In this document: piece after piece, positions 30,749 through 39,792 of the stretch | Layout of the letters: the number at the start of each line of letters is the position of its first letter | Numbering within the stretch: the stretch's first letter is position 1 | Assembly (NCBI GenBank): GCA_012517205.1 | Contig: JAAYVL010000022.1 | Span: 85,384-149,383, forward strand | DNA from: Verrucomicrobiota bacterium | Lineage (GTDB): Bacteria; Verrucomicrobiota; Verrucomicrobiia; Limisphaerales; UBA8199 | Length of the DNA: 64,000 nucleotides | Reading direction: 5' to 3' | The notes under the pieces: model-generated | The model's database searches: none | The model's input: the letters and a program-made list of their open reading frames with translations, nothing else | What the model was told of the DNA's origin: nothing | Position numbers and translations under genes: made by a program

Positions 30749-33535
30749 ATGGCCAGCAACGCCCAACTCACGCCCATGATGGCGCAGTACCGCCGCATCA
30801 AGGGCGAATTGCCCAAAGACGCGCTGCTGATGTTCCGGCTTGGGGACTTCTACGAGATGTTTTTCGAGGATGCCCAAACCGGCGCACAACTGCTGAACGT
30901 GGCGCTGACCAAACGCGGCGTGGTGCCGATGTGCGGCATTCCTTTTCATGCCGCCAGCGCGTACATCGGGCGCCTGCTGAGGGCCGGCCGCAAGGTGGCG
31001 ATTTGCGACCAAGTGGAAGAAGCCCGGCCCGGTCAATTGGTGAAGCGCGAGGTGACGCAAATCCTCAGCCCGGGCACGCATTTCGACGAACGCGTGCTTA
31101 AGGCTGAGCGGAATAATTTCCTGGGCGCGGTTTATGCCGTCGGCCGAAACTATGGCCTGGCGTTTGCGGACCTGACCACGGGCGATTTCATGGCGACCGA
31201 AGTGACGGGCGAGGCCGAAGTGTTGACGGAACTCCAGCGCCTGCGCCCGGCGGAATTGATTTATCCGGCCGAAGCCGGGGCGGTGAGGGATTTGCTGCAG
31301 GGCGCAAACCGCCCGGGGAAGCCAGGCGACCCCGCCAGCCCTGCCTTTCCTACCGGTCCCGCAAAATCAGGGTTGGCGAGGACGCCTGCTCCTCCTGCGA
31401 AAGCCGGCAGTCCCGGCGCGGAAGGGGTGGGATACGCGGATGTCGCCCCGACGGGATTTGGCTGGATACTGAACGGATACGATGGCTGGGTCTTCGCGCC
31501 GGAGACGGCTTTGTTCACCGTGCGCGAGCATTTCAAGGTTGCCTCGCTGGACGGGTTCGGCCTGAAGGATCGGACGGCGGCGATTGGCGCGGCGGGCGCC
31601 GTGCTGCATTACCTGACGCAGCATCTGCGGCGCGATGCGGCCAGCCTGACGCGCATTTCCTTTTATCAACGCAGTGACTACCTGGCGCTCGATTTTTCGA
31701 CGCTGCGGCACCTGGAGGTTTTGGAACCGCTGCACCCGGATACGCCGCGAAATGCATCGCTCTACGGCGCGCTCAATCGCACCGTCACGCCCATGGGCGC
31801 GCGCCGGCTGCGCGATTGGCTTTCTCAGCCGCTGGCCAAGGTCGGGCCCATTCAGCGGCGGCAAGAAGCGGTGCAGACGCTGGTGAATCATAGCGCGGCC
31901 TTGGAAGAGCTGCGAGCGCAGCTAGCGCAAGTGCGGGACCTGGAACGCACGCTGGGGCGGCTCAGCGCAGGAACCGGCAACGCCCGCGACCTGGCCACGC
32001 TCCGTGCCGCGCTGGAGCGATTGCCAGACCTCAAGCGGTTGGTGCGCGAGTTAACAACGGGAAACGCGGCGGAGGAAGGCCGGCGGAGCGAAAGAGAGTT
32101 GTGCCTCCTTGCGCCGGCGGCGCCGGGAGAGCAAGCGCCTCCGCCCGTTCAAACATTATCGGAAGGCGAGGTTCATGTGGGAGGCCATCCTCTTTTGCTG
32201 GAGGACCTTGGCGGTCAGGTGACGGAGTTGCCGGATCTGGCGGAGTTGATAGCACGAGCCATTGTGGATGAGCCGCCGCTGGCTATAAAGGAAGGCGGCC
32301 TGATTCGCGATGGCTTCGACCCCGCGCTGGATGAACTGCGCGCGGCCATGCGCGAGGGCAAGGATTGGATCGCGAAGTTGCAGCAGGACGAGATTGTGCG
32401 CACGGGTATCTCGTCCCTCAAAGTGCGGTTCAACTCGGTCTTCGGCTACTACCTTGAGGTCACCAAAGCCAACCTGGACAAGGTGCCGCCGGACTATATC
32501 CGCAAGCAAACCATCGCCAATGGTGAGCGGTTTATCACGCCAGACCTCAAGGAGATGGAGGGGCGGATTTTGGGCGCTGAAGAGCGCGGGGTGAAGCTGG
32601 AATACGACTTGTTCCAGCGCGTGCGCGAGGCCGTGCTCGAACGGTTGCGCGAACTTCAGCAGACTGCGGCGGCACTCGCCCAACTGGACGTGCTGGGCGC
32701 TTTTGCCGAAACCGCGCGGCTTCACAACTATTGCCGCCCGCAGTTGGGCGAGGCGAGCGGCCTGTATATTCGCGACGGGCGCCATCCGGTGCTGGAGCAG
32801 AGCCTGACCGAGGAGCGGTTTGTGCCGAACGACACTTTCCTGGGGAGCGAAACCCAGATTGCCCTTATTACCGGGCCGAACATGGCGGGCAAGAGCACCT
32901 ACATCCGCCAGGTAGCGCTGCTCGTGCTGCTAGCGCAGACCGGGTCGTTCATTCCGGCGGCGGAGGCGCGTGTGGGGCTGGTGGACCGCATTTTCACCCG
33001 CATCGGGGCCAGCGACGATCTGGCGCGAGGGCAATCCACGTTCATGGTGGAAATGTGTGAGACGGCAAACATCCTTAATAATGCCACCCCGCGCAGCCTG
33101 ATTATCCTGGATGAAATCGGTCGCGGCACGAGCACCTTTGACGGGTTGAGCCTGGCGTGGAGCATCGTTGAACACCTGCACAACACGGTCGGTGCCCAGA
33201 CGCTCTTCGCGACTCATTATCATGAATTGACGGAATTGGCCGGGCGGCTGCCCCGGCTGAAGAATTTCAACGTCGCCGTGCGCGAGTGGCACGAGCAGAT
33301 TATTTTTCTGCGCAAGATAGTGGCTGGCGGCACTGACAAGAGTTATGGCATTCAGGTGGCGAGGCTGGCGGGGGTCCCCCGGAGTGTGTTGGAGCGGGCG
33401 AAGCAAATCCTGGTCAACCTGGAGGAATCCGAACTCACCCCCGAAGGCAACGTGCGCCAAGCCACGCGCCGACAACAGGACCGCGACCGGCTCAAGCAGC
33501 TTGCCCCGCCGCCACAAATGGACTTATTTGGTTGA
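30749..33535 (+). CDS. mutS: DNA mismatch repair protein MutS
   Basis: 928 aa. It has TPMMAQY..IK......LLMFRLGDFYEMFFEDA, Walker A GPNMAGKST and ILDEIGRGTSTFDG. It contains Pro/Ala/Gly-rich insertions. Confidence 0.95.
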   Translation: MASNAQLTPMMAQYRRIKGELPKDALLMFRLGDFYEMFFEDAQTGAQLLNVALTKRGVVPMCGIPFHAASAYIGRLLRAGRKVAICDQVEEARPGQLVKREVTQILSPGTHFDERVLKAERNNFLGAVYAVGRNYGLAFADLTTGDFMATEVTGEAEVLTELQRLRPAELIYPAEAGAVRDLLQGANRPGKPGDPASPAFPTGPAKSGLARTPAPPAKAGSPGAEGVGYADVAPTGFGWILNGYDGWVFAPETALFTVREHFKVASLDGFGLKDRTAAIGAAGAVLHYLTQHLRRDAASLTRISFYQRSDYLALDFSTLRHLEVLEPLHPDTPRNASLYGALNRTVTPMGARRLRDWLSQPLAKVGPIQRRQEAVQTLVNHSAALEELRAQLAQVRDLERTLGRLSAGTGNARDLATLRAALERLPDLKRLVRELTTGNAAEEGRRSERELCLLAPAAPGEQAPPPVQTLSEGEVHVGGHPLLLEDLGGQVTELPDLAELIARAIVDEPPLAIKEGGLIRDGFDPALDELRAAMREGKDWIAKLQQDEIVRTGISSLKVRFNSVFGYYLEVTKANLDKVPPDYIRKQTIANGERFITPDLKEMEGRILGAEERGVKLEYDLFQRVREAVLERLRELQQTAAALAQLDVLGAFAETARLHNYCRPQLGEASGLYIRDGRHPVLEQSLTEERFVPNDTFLGSETQIALITGPNMAGKSTYIRQVALLVLLAQTGSFIPAAEARVGLVDRIFTRIGASDDLARGQSTFMVEMCETANILNNATPRSLIILDEIGRGTSTFDGLSLAWSIVEHLHNTVGAQTLFATHYHELTELAGRLPRLKNFNVAVREWHEQIIFLRKIVAGGTDKSYGIQVARLAGVPRSVLERAKQILVNLEESELTPEGNVRQATRRQQDRDRLKQLAPPPQMDLFG

Positions 33536-33574
33536 GGGTGTGGGTGGGCGGGCGCCGGTGTTTCCATTCGGGAA

Positions 33575-33667
33575 TGGCGGAGAGAGGGGGATTCGAACCC
33601 CCGATACGGCTTTAGACCGTATAACGGTTTAGCAAACCGCCGCCTTCAGCCACTCGGCCATCTCTCC
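33575..33667 (-). tRNA. tRNA-Ser (anticodon GCT), class II with long variable arm
   Basis: The reverse complement GGAGAGATGGCCGAGTGGCTGAAGGCGGCGGTTTGCTAAACCGTTATACGGTCTAAAGCCGTATCGGGGGTTCGAATCCCCCTCTCTCCGCCA has anticodon loop UU-GCU-AA and an encoded CCA. Confidence 0.95.
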
Positions 33668-33862
33668 CAAACCATCGCGGTTGCGCGACCTTGGAGCGGC
33701 TTTCCGGCGGGGCTGCCAGGGGCAACGAAACCGCCCCCCGCCGAACGCGCGCGCGCATTGCTCCATGTCTTTAATTGCAAACCTCATCCCTGTCAAGCAG
33801 TCGGTATCCTTGCATCAAACGGATTGACTCCGGACGGGAATTCGGGAGCATACCGCGACGCG

Positions 33863-35743
33863 ATGAATCACATCCTCAAGGTGCTGCGCTTTGGCCTGCC
33901 ATATCTGCGCCGTTATTGGATACGGCTGGCTGCCGGCGTGTTGTTTGGGATTCTATTTGGGGCGACGAGCGCGACTTTTGTGTGGGGCACCAAGACGTTG
34001 ATCGGGCGGGTGGCGCCGGAAACGGAGGCTCGGGCGCACTTGAAAAAAGAGAAGCCTGGCCGGGAGCAGAAGCTGGACCGCATAAAGGCGGAATTAGATC
34101 GGCGAACCCGGGAATGGGTGGATCCGTGGCTGCCGTATGCGGGGCGGCCGGTGGATTGGCGGCAGGTGCTGGGGGGGCTGCTCTTGTTCCCGGCCCTGGT
34201 AGCGGTGCGCGGAATCATGGCCTACCTGAGCGCGTATTGCATGGCCTGGGTGGGCGAGCAGGTGGTGAATGATTTGCGAACCGACGTGTTAATCAGGCTC
34301 AGCACCCTGTCCCTGGATTATTTTAACCGCGCCACAATGGGGGACATGGTCACGCACGTAAATGGCGACACCGCAACGCTGCAACGCTGCCTGCGGGTGG
34401 GTTGCGCGGACCTGGTCCAGCAGCCGATGACCGCCATAGGCGTGCTGGTGGCGTTGTGCGTGATTGACTGGCGGCTGACGCTGGCGGCGATGATTTTTTT
34501 TCCGGCGTGCGTGATTCCCGTGGTGGTGATGGGTCGGCGGGCGCGCCTCGCCGCGCGCGCGAGCACGAAAGTGGGGGTGACTCAGGCGAGCTTGCTATAC
34601 GAGATTCTGTCGGGAATCCGCGTGGTGAAAGCGTTCGGGCTGGAGGCGATGCAAGTGGAGCGGTTCCGGCGGTTTTCACGACAGTTGGTACGGCAAAACC
34701 TCAAAGGCGTGCGCGCCAAGGAACTGGTCAATCCCATAATCGAAACCGTGTCAGTGATGGGGTTTGGCCTGCTGGTAGTTTACATTACCTACCAGAATCG
34801 GCCAGTGTCGGACATGGTGGGTTTTCTGACGGGCCTGATTTTCTTTTATACTCCGGTCAAAAAGGTGGCGCAATTGCACGTGATGTTTGAACAGACCGCC
34901 TTTGGGGTGCAGCGGTTGCTGCAGATCATGACGGAACGGCCGACGGTCAAGGAGGCGGCGGCGCCCCGGCGGCTGCTGGAGTTTAAAAGCGGCGTTGTTT
35001 TTGACCAGGTAAGCTTCAGCTATGGTCGGGAACCGGTGTTGCGCGAACTGAGCCTGGAGATTCCGCGCGGCACCCGGCTGGGGGTGGCTGGCGAGAGCGG
35101 CTCCGGCAAGAGTACCCTGGTGAACTTGCTGTTCCGGTTTTTCGATCCGGTCCAGGGGGTGATCCGGATAGATGGAGTGGATTTGCGGCAGATAGCTAAT
35201 GCCGACTTGCGGCAACTCATGGCCTTGGTGAGCCAGGACATCGTGCTTTTCGATATGACGGTGGCGGAGAATATCGCCCTGGGTCGGGAGGGCGCGACGC
35301 GGGAGCAGATAGAGGCCGCCGCCCGGGCCGCTTTTGTGCATGAGTTTATCCTATCGTTGCCGCAGGGCTATGAGACGCGGATTGGCGAGCGGGGAGTAAC
35401 GCTGTCCGGCGGGCAACGCCAGCGACTGTGCATTGCGCGGGCTTTTATCCGCAACGCGCCGATTCTGGTGCTGGATGAAGCAACGGCGTCGCTGGACTCG
35501 AAAGCGGAAGCGGAGGTGCAAGCTGCGATTGACCGGCTGGCGGAGCATCGGACGGTGATCGCAGTGGCGCACCGTCTCTCAACGCTGGCTGCGATGGACC
35601 GGGTGATTGTGCTGGCTGAGGGGCGGATTGTAGAATCTGGCGGCTTTGATGAGTTATTGCTGCGGGGTGGAGTTTTCGCGAGCATGGCGGCGCGACAAGG
35701 CATCCTGCCGAGTGGCGGTTCGGCGGAAATAGTGGAAATCTGA
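33863..35743 (+). CDS. ABC transporter permease/ATPase, MsbA-like lipid exporter
   Basis: The ORF is 33758..35743, and the ATG at 33863 gives MNHILKVLRFGLPYLRRYW. A six-TM domain is followed by Walker A GESGSGKST, the signature LSGGQRQR and Walker B ILVLDEATS. It heads a glycosyltransferase cluster. Confidence 0.85.
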   Translation: MNHILKVLRFGLPYLRRYWIRLAAGVLFGILFGATSATFVWGTKTLIGRVAPETEARAHLKKEKPGREQKLDRIKAELDRRTREWVDPWLPYAGRPVDWRQVLGGLLLFPALVAVRGIMAYLSAYCMAWVGEQVVNDLRTDVLIRLSTLSLDYFNRATMGDMVTHVNGDTATLQRCLRVGCADLVQQPMTAIGVLVALCVIDWRLTLAAMIFFPACVIPVVVMGRRARLAARASTKVGVTQASLLYEILSGIRVVKAFGLEAMQVERFRRFSRQLVRQNLKGVRAKELVNPIIETVSVMGFGLLVVYITYQNRPVSDMVGFLTGLIFFYTPVKKVAQLHVMFEQTAFGVQRLLQIMTERPTVKEAAAPRRLLEFKSGVVFDQVSFSYGREPVLRELSLEIPRGTRLGVAGESGSGKSTLVNLLFRFFDPVQGVIRIDGVDLRQIANADLRQLMALVSQDIVLFDMTVAENIALGREGATREQIEAAARAAFVHEFILSLPQGYETRIGERGVTLSGGQRQRLCIARAFIRNAPILVLDEATASLDSKAEAEVQAAIDRLAEHRTVIAVAHRLSTLAAMDRVIVLAEGRIVESGGFDELLLRGGVFASMAARQGILPSGGSAEIVEI

Positions 35744-35772
35744 GGCGGCCGCGCCACGGCCTCGGCCCGGCA

Positions 35773-36603
35773 TCAAGCCGGACCGGGGGGCCTGGAAGCG
35801 GACGATGTTCCTGTCGGAAGATCGGTGGGCGGTTGCGGGCGGCGTTGGGCCAGCCGCTGCTGCTCCGCCAGGAACGCGTATTTGGCGAAAACCGCCAGAA
35901 AGGAAGAATAAGCGATTATCCATCCGCGCCAGCCATCCCGGAAACCTTGCTTCAGAATGAGACGCTTGCCCAGCGCGAACCAGGGCGAAATGACAAGATG
36001 ATACCAGCAGCAGCGTCGGCCCGCCAGGGCCATAGTGTCCGCCGAGGTTCGGGCATAGCGCAGGGTGCGCTCCAAATGCTCCTGCAAATCTCCGTAGGAG
36101 TAATGAAGCAAATCGCCGGATAATTTGGCAGTGGCGCCCGTGACTGAAAGGGAGGGGTGGGGATCAGCTCCGGCCCAGCGCGCCGCTTCCCGGCGAACCA
36201 GGCGGAGGCACCATTCCGGGTACCAGGCATGCCAGATCCATTTCCCGAGGTAGCTGGTGCGGCGGTTCAACTCAAAGCCGTTGACGGAGGGCGGGGAAGC
36301 AAAGGCGCGCCGTATCGCCTCGGCCAGTTCGGGGGACACGGCTTCATCCGCGTCCAGGCACAGCGCCCATGGCTGGGAGCAACGTTCGAGCGCGAAGTTC
36401 TTTTGCCGGGTAAAACCCAGCCAGGGCTGGGCGATGAAAAGCGCGCCCATCTGGCGGCTGATTTCCTGGGTCCGGTCGGTAGAGCCGGAATCAACGATCA
36501 CCAGTTCTGCCGCGAGGTCGCGGATGCTGCCCAGACAGCGCGGCAGGTTCACCTCTTCATTCAAGGTGATGACGGCGACTGAAAGCGGCAGACGACTCTG
36601 CAT
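35773..36603 (-). CDS. family 2 glycosyltransferase (LPS-core type)
   Basis: 276 aa. It has LSVAVITLNEEVNLPRCLGS......ELVIVDSGSTDRT and a DADE motif (CLDADEAV). Confidence 0.8.
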   Translation of the reverse strand: MQSRLPLSVAVITLNEEVNLPRCLGSIRDLAAELVIVDSGSTDRTQEISRQMGALFIAQPWLGFTRQKNFALERCSQPWALCLDADEAVSPELAEAIRRAFASPPSVNGFELNRRTSYLGKWIWHAWYPEWCLRLVRREAARWAGADPHPSLSVTGATAKLSGDLLHYSYGDLQEHLERTLRYARTSADTMALAGRRCCWYHLVISPWFALGKRLILKQGFRDGWRGWIIAYSSFLAVFAKYAFLAEQQRLAQRRPQPPTDLPTGTSSASRPPGPA

Positions 36604-36764
36604 GCGCCATTGGTAAATGGGGCCGCGAGCGGCGACAAGGTATTTTTGCCTTTCGGCAAAGATATCCGAATCCAGGCCGCGAGGGAGTTAATAAAGAGAT
36701 TGTGCCGGATGGCTGATTGTGGAAGAAAGAAGAGCCCTCCGGGCTTGTGGGGGGCCTGGTGGCC

Positions 36765-37841
36765 ATGAATATCCTCCATCTGAACAACGAAAAGTCCTGG
36801 CGAGGCGGCGAACGCCAGACGCTGCTGCTGGCGGCTGGGTTGAGAGCGCGTGGGATTGGGTCCGTGATTGCATGCCGTTCCGATGGCCCGCTGGCGCGGA
36901 AGGCACTGGAAGCCGGGGTGCCGGTTCGCGCAATTCCGGGGAATAATCTGGGGGCGGGGCTGGCCTTGCCGCGACTCGCTAGGGAGTTCGACTTGATCCA
37001 TTGCCACACGGGGCGCGGGCACAGCCTGGCGGCCTTGACTGCGCCCGGATATCGGAAGCCATTCCTGGCGACCCGCCGGGTGGACTTTCTGCCGAGGCGA
37101 GGCTGGTTCAACCGCTATAAATTTCAGCGCGCGGCGCAGGTGGTGTGCATTTCGCAGTTCATCGCCAACCAACTGGCGGCCTGGGGAGTTGCCCCCGAGC
37201 GAATGTGCGTGATTCGCAGCGCCGTGCCGATGCCGGCCCCTGGGCTGCTGACCCCCGTGCATCGGGCAGCGGTGCGTACCCGCTTGGGGATTGGCCCGGG
37301 CACCAAACTTGTGGGCAACATTGCGGCCCTGGTGGGGCATAAGGATCAGGCGACCCTGCTGCGCGCCGCCAAGGGGCTAATCGCGCGGCGGCGCGATGTG
37401 CGATTTGTTATTCTGGGCGACGGCGAACTGAGAGGAGCACTGCTGGCGCAGCGACGGGAGTTGGAGCTGGAAGAGGCGGTGTTAATGCCGGGGTTTATTC
37501 CGCAGGCGGAACAGTGGCTGGCCGCATTTGACGTGTTTGTAATAAGTTCGTGCATGGAGGGATTGGGCAGCATCGTGCTGGACGCTTTTGCCGCGGGCGT
37601 GCCCGTGGCGGCCACTGCTGGGGGAGGGCTGCCCGAACTGGTGCGGGATGGCGAAACCGGCCTGCTTGTGCCGGTGGGCGATCATGCGGGATTAGCGGAG
37701 GCGATGCTACGCCTGTTGGAGGAGGCCGAGTTGGCCGAACGGCTGAGAACCGCTGCGCGGGATTGGGTTCAACGCGAGCGTTCCGTGGAAGCAATGGTCC
37801 AGGCTTACCTGCAACTCTACGCGCGGTTGCTTTCCCGATGA
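36765..37841 (+). CDS. family 4 (GT-B, RfaG-like) glycosyltransferase
   Basis: The ORF is 36717..37841 with the ATG at 36765 (MNILHLNNEKSWRGGERQ). The C-terminal region reads EGLGSIVLDAFAAGVPVAAT..GGLPELV.DGETGLLVP, the E-x7-E region. Confidence 0.8.
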   Translation: MNILHLNNEKSWRGGERQTLLLAAGLRARGIGSVIACRSDGPLARKALEAGVPVRAIPGNNLGAGLALPRLAREFDLIHCHTGRGHSLAALTAPGYRKPFLATRRVDFLPRRGWFNRYKFQRAAQVVCISQFIANQLAAWGVAPERMCVIRSAVPMPAPGLLTPVHRAAVRTRLGIGPGTKLVGNIAALVGHKDQATLLRAAKGLIARRRDVRFVILGDGELRGALLAQRRELELEEAVLMPGFIPQAEQWLAAFDVFVISSCMEGLGSIVLDAFAAGVPVAATAGGGLPELVRDGETGLLVPVGDHAGLAEAMLRLLEEAELAERLRTAARDWVQRERSVEAMVQAYLQLYARLLSR

Positions 37842-38046
37842 GGCCCGGCGGGTGGGGTGAGGAAGGCGTCCCTGCCAGACCTTCGAATAGCCATCTGCTC
37901 TTGCACTACCGGAAACGAGCTGCTTCCTGGGCGGTTTGGATGACGGGGGAATTGACATTTTCGGCCTGGCGTAGTTTCATGCCCCGAACGCCCGGCGCTG
38001 TCGCCCTTGGAAGTCCAGGCGCGGGCGACGGAGTCGAAAAGCCTGC

Positions 38047-38898
38047 ATGAGCCAAAGCAATGAAGTGATCCGGTTGCCGGATTTGAAGCCGTATCTGCTG
38101 CTGCAGAATGGCAATTATTTGTACAAGATACCGTTTCGCGAGGGTTGGGCCGTGTTGAAGGTTTATTACGGCAGCCGTAGTTGGTTTTCCTGCCTGGCCA
38201 AGAGCTTTGAGAACGTGGTGCTGGCCGGGCAGACGTCGTATTTGCCCAGGACCCGGCGGCGGGTCGAGGCGGAGTGCATGGCCATTTGGCGGAAACACGG
38301 CTTCCGCGTGTTTGGCACGTATCCTGAGGTCCGGGTTGAGGCGCCGGGATGCCCCGAGGGCGGATATATGCTGTTCGAATACGTGGAGGCGCCGAAGCTG
38401 GGCGATTGGATGAAGGACGAATCCCGCAGCGTGGAAGAACGATTGGCGGTTTACCGGGCCTGGTTGCTGGAGTGGAGTCGGCGGCACGATATTGCGGTTC
38501 GCGAGCGTGAACCGCGCCTGGCGCACGAGAATGGCGACGGCAAACACGTGATGCTGCTTCCGGGCGGAGAGTTCCTGTGGTTCGACTTTGAGATGACGTT
38601 TCGAAGCCGCCGGCGAGTGGCGGAGCACGTGTCGCACGAGATCATTCAATATTTGTGGTTCCTGTGGAAGAGCGTGCCGCCGGGAATCCGGGAACGGTTG
38701 ATCCCGGAAACGGTGCGGCATTATCCGCAAAAAGAACGGCTCGGGCGGGCGTATGAGTACTTTTGGCGGCACCCAAATCTACTGCATCGTTTTGGACGTG
38801 CCTGCGAACGAGCCTTTAAGGCCAAAGCCAGGAGCCCGACGAGCAAATACAGCGTGGCACGCTTGCTCCGGGAAGAGCTGGAGCGGGCAAAAGCTTGA
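38047..38898 (+). CDS. divergent protein-kinase-like fold protein (LPS-kinase/RIO-like), paralog 1
   Basis: 283 aa. AVLKVYYG looks like a beta3 Lys, followed by E..MAIW, the hinge-like MLFEYVEAPKLGDW, a catalytic-loop equivalent RLAHENGDGKHVML, then FLWFDFE. It is paralogous to the next gene. Confidence 0.5.
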   Translation: MSQSNEVIRLPDLKPYLLLQNGNYLYKIPFREGWAVLKVYYGSRSWFSCLAKSFENVVLAGQTSYLPRTRRRVEAECMAIWRKHGFRVFGTYPEVRVEAPGCPEGGYMLFEYVEAPKLGDWMKDESRSVEERLAVYRAWLLEWSRRHDIAVREREPRLAHENGDGKHVMLLPGGEFLWFDFEMTFRSRRRVAEHVSHEIIQYLWFLWKSVPPGIRERLIPETVRHYPQKERLGRAYEYFWRHPNLLHRFGRACERAFKAKARSPTSKYSVARLLREELERAKA

Positions 38899-38940
38899 GC
38901 TCAAAGATTCCAGGGGCAGTATCCCGGGCTCTCCAACGCC

Positions 38941-39792
38941 ATGAAACGATTACGACCAGAACCGCCGACGGGAGCGGAAGTGCTGCAGGCCGGCGGGCGG
39001 GGCCAAACCGGAAACCTGTTGTATTTTTTCCCCTCCGAGCAGCCGCCGCTGGTGCTCAAGGTCTATTGTTTTCGGCGATCCCGCTGGCGTGAGTTCTGGA
39101 AAGACGTTTCCGAACGGGTGTTCGAAGGCAAACGGGGAGCAACGGCTGCAACCCGGTGCGCCACCGAGAGGCTTATTCTGGATCTATGGGCGCGCGAAGG
39201 CTTTGATGTGGTCCGCCTGGTGGCGCGGCCGTTGCCTTCCGGGATGGAGAAGCCGGCGCTGTGGCTGGAATACTGCGCGGCTCCAGTGCTGGCGAAAGTG
39301 CTGGCCGATCCGAACCGGCCGCCAGGTGAAAAACTCGCGTGGGTGGAGTTGCTGGGCCAGGCGTTAAGCCGGCGGCATCGCCGGGCACTGGAACTTAACG
39401 ATCCGAGGCTGGTTCATGAGCATGGGCAGATCAAACACTTCTTCGCGCAGGACAAACGGTTGATCGCGTTCGACTTGGAGCACGGTTATCGGTCCGGCTA
39501 CCCGGTGGTTAGGGCTATCGGGCGGGAGTTGACGGGGATTGCCGATTCGTTGCTGCGGGCCGATGGCGGTGGTGGCGAGGAGTTCCTGCGAGCGCTTATG
39601 CGGGGCTACGCGAATCCGCCGCTGGTGCGGGCTGCGGCCCGGGAAGCAACTCAACGGGGGGGACTGGCGGGCATAATCCGCCGTTTACTGGGCCATTTGC
39701 GGGGAGGGAAAACTGACAAGATGCAGGTTATGGCCCGGCTGGTGAGATTGCTGGAGCCGGAGGCCGGGAGTCCGGCCAGCGCGCGAGGGTGA
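38941..39792 (+). CDS. divergent protein-kinase-like fold protein, paralog 2
   Basis: 283 aa. It aligns block by block with 38047..38898: LVLKVYCF, ERLILDLWAREGFDVV, LWLEYCAAPVLA, RLVHEHGQIKHFF and LIAFDLE. Confidence 0.5.
   Translation: MKRLRPEPPTGAEVLQAGGRGQTGNLLYFFPSEQPPLVLKVYCFRRSRWREFWKDVSERVFEGKRGATAATRCATERLILDLWAREGFDVVRLVARPLPSGMEKPALWLEYCAAPVLAKVLADPNRPPGEKLAWVELLGQALSRRHRRALELNDPRLVHEHGQIKHFFAQDKRLIAFDLEHGYRSGYPVVRAIGRELTGIADSLLRADGGGGEEFLRALMRGYANPPLVRAAAREATQRGGLAGIIRRLLGHLRGGKTDKMQVMARLVRLLEPEAGSPASARG

Noticed and set aside
39728-39792. A 65-nt convergent overlap between kinase-like paralog 2 and the GT39-like gene.
   Set aside because: The last residues of both proteins are low-complexity and poorly constrained. 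The overlap is probably just two unconstrained tails and not a regulatory feature, and it cannot be resolved from sequence alone.
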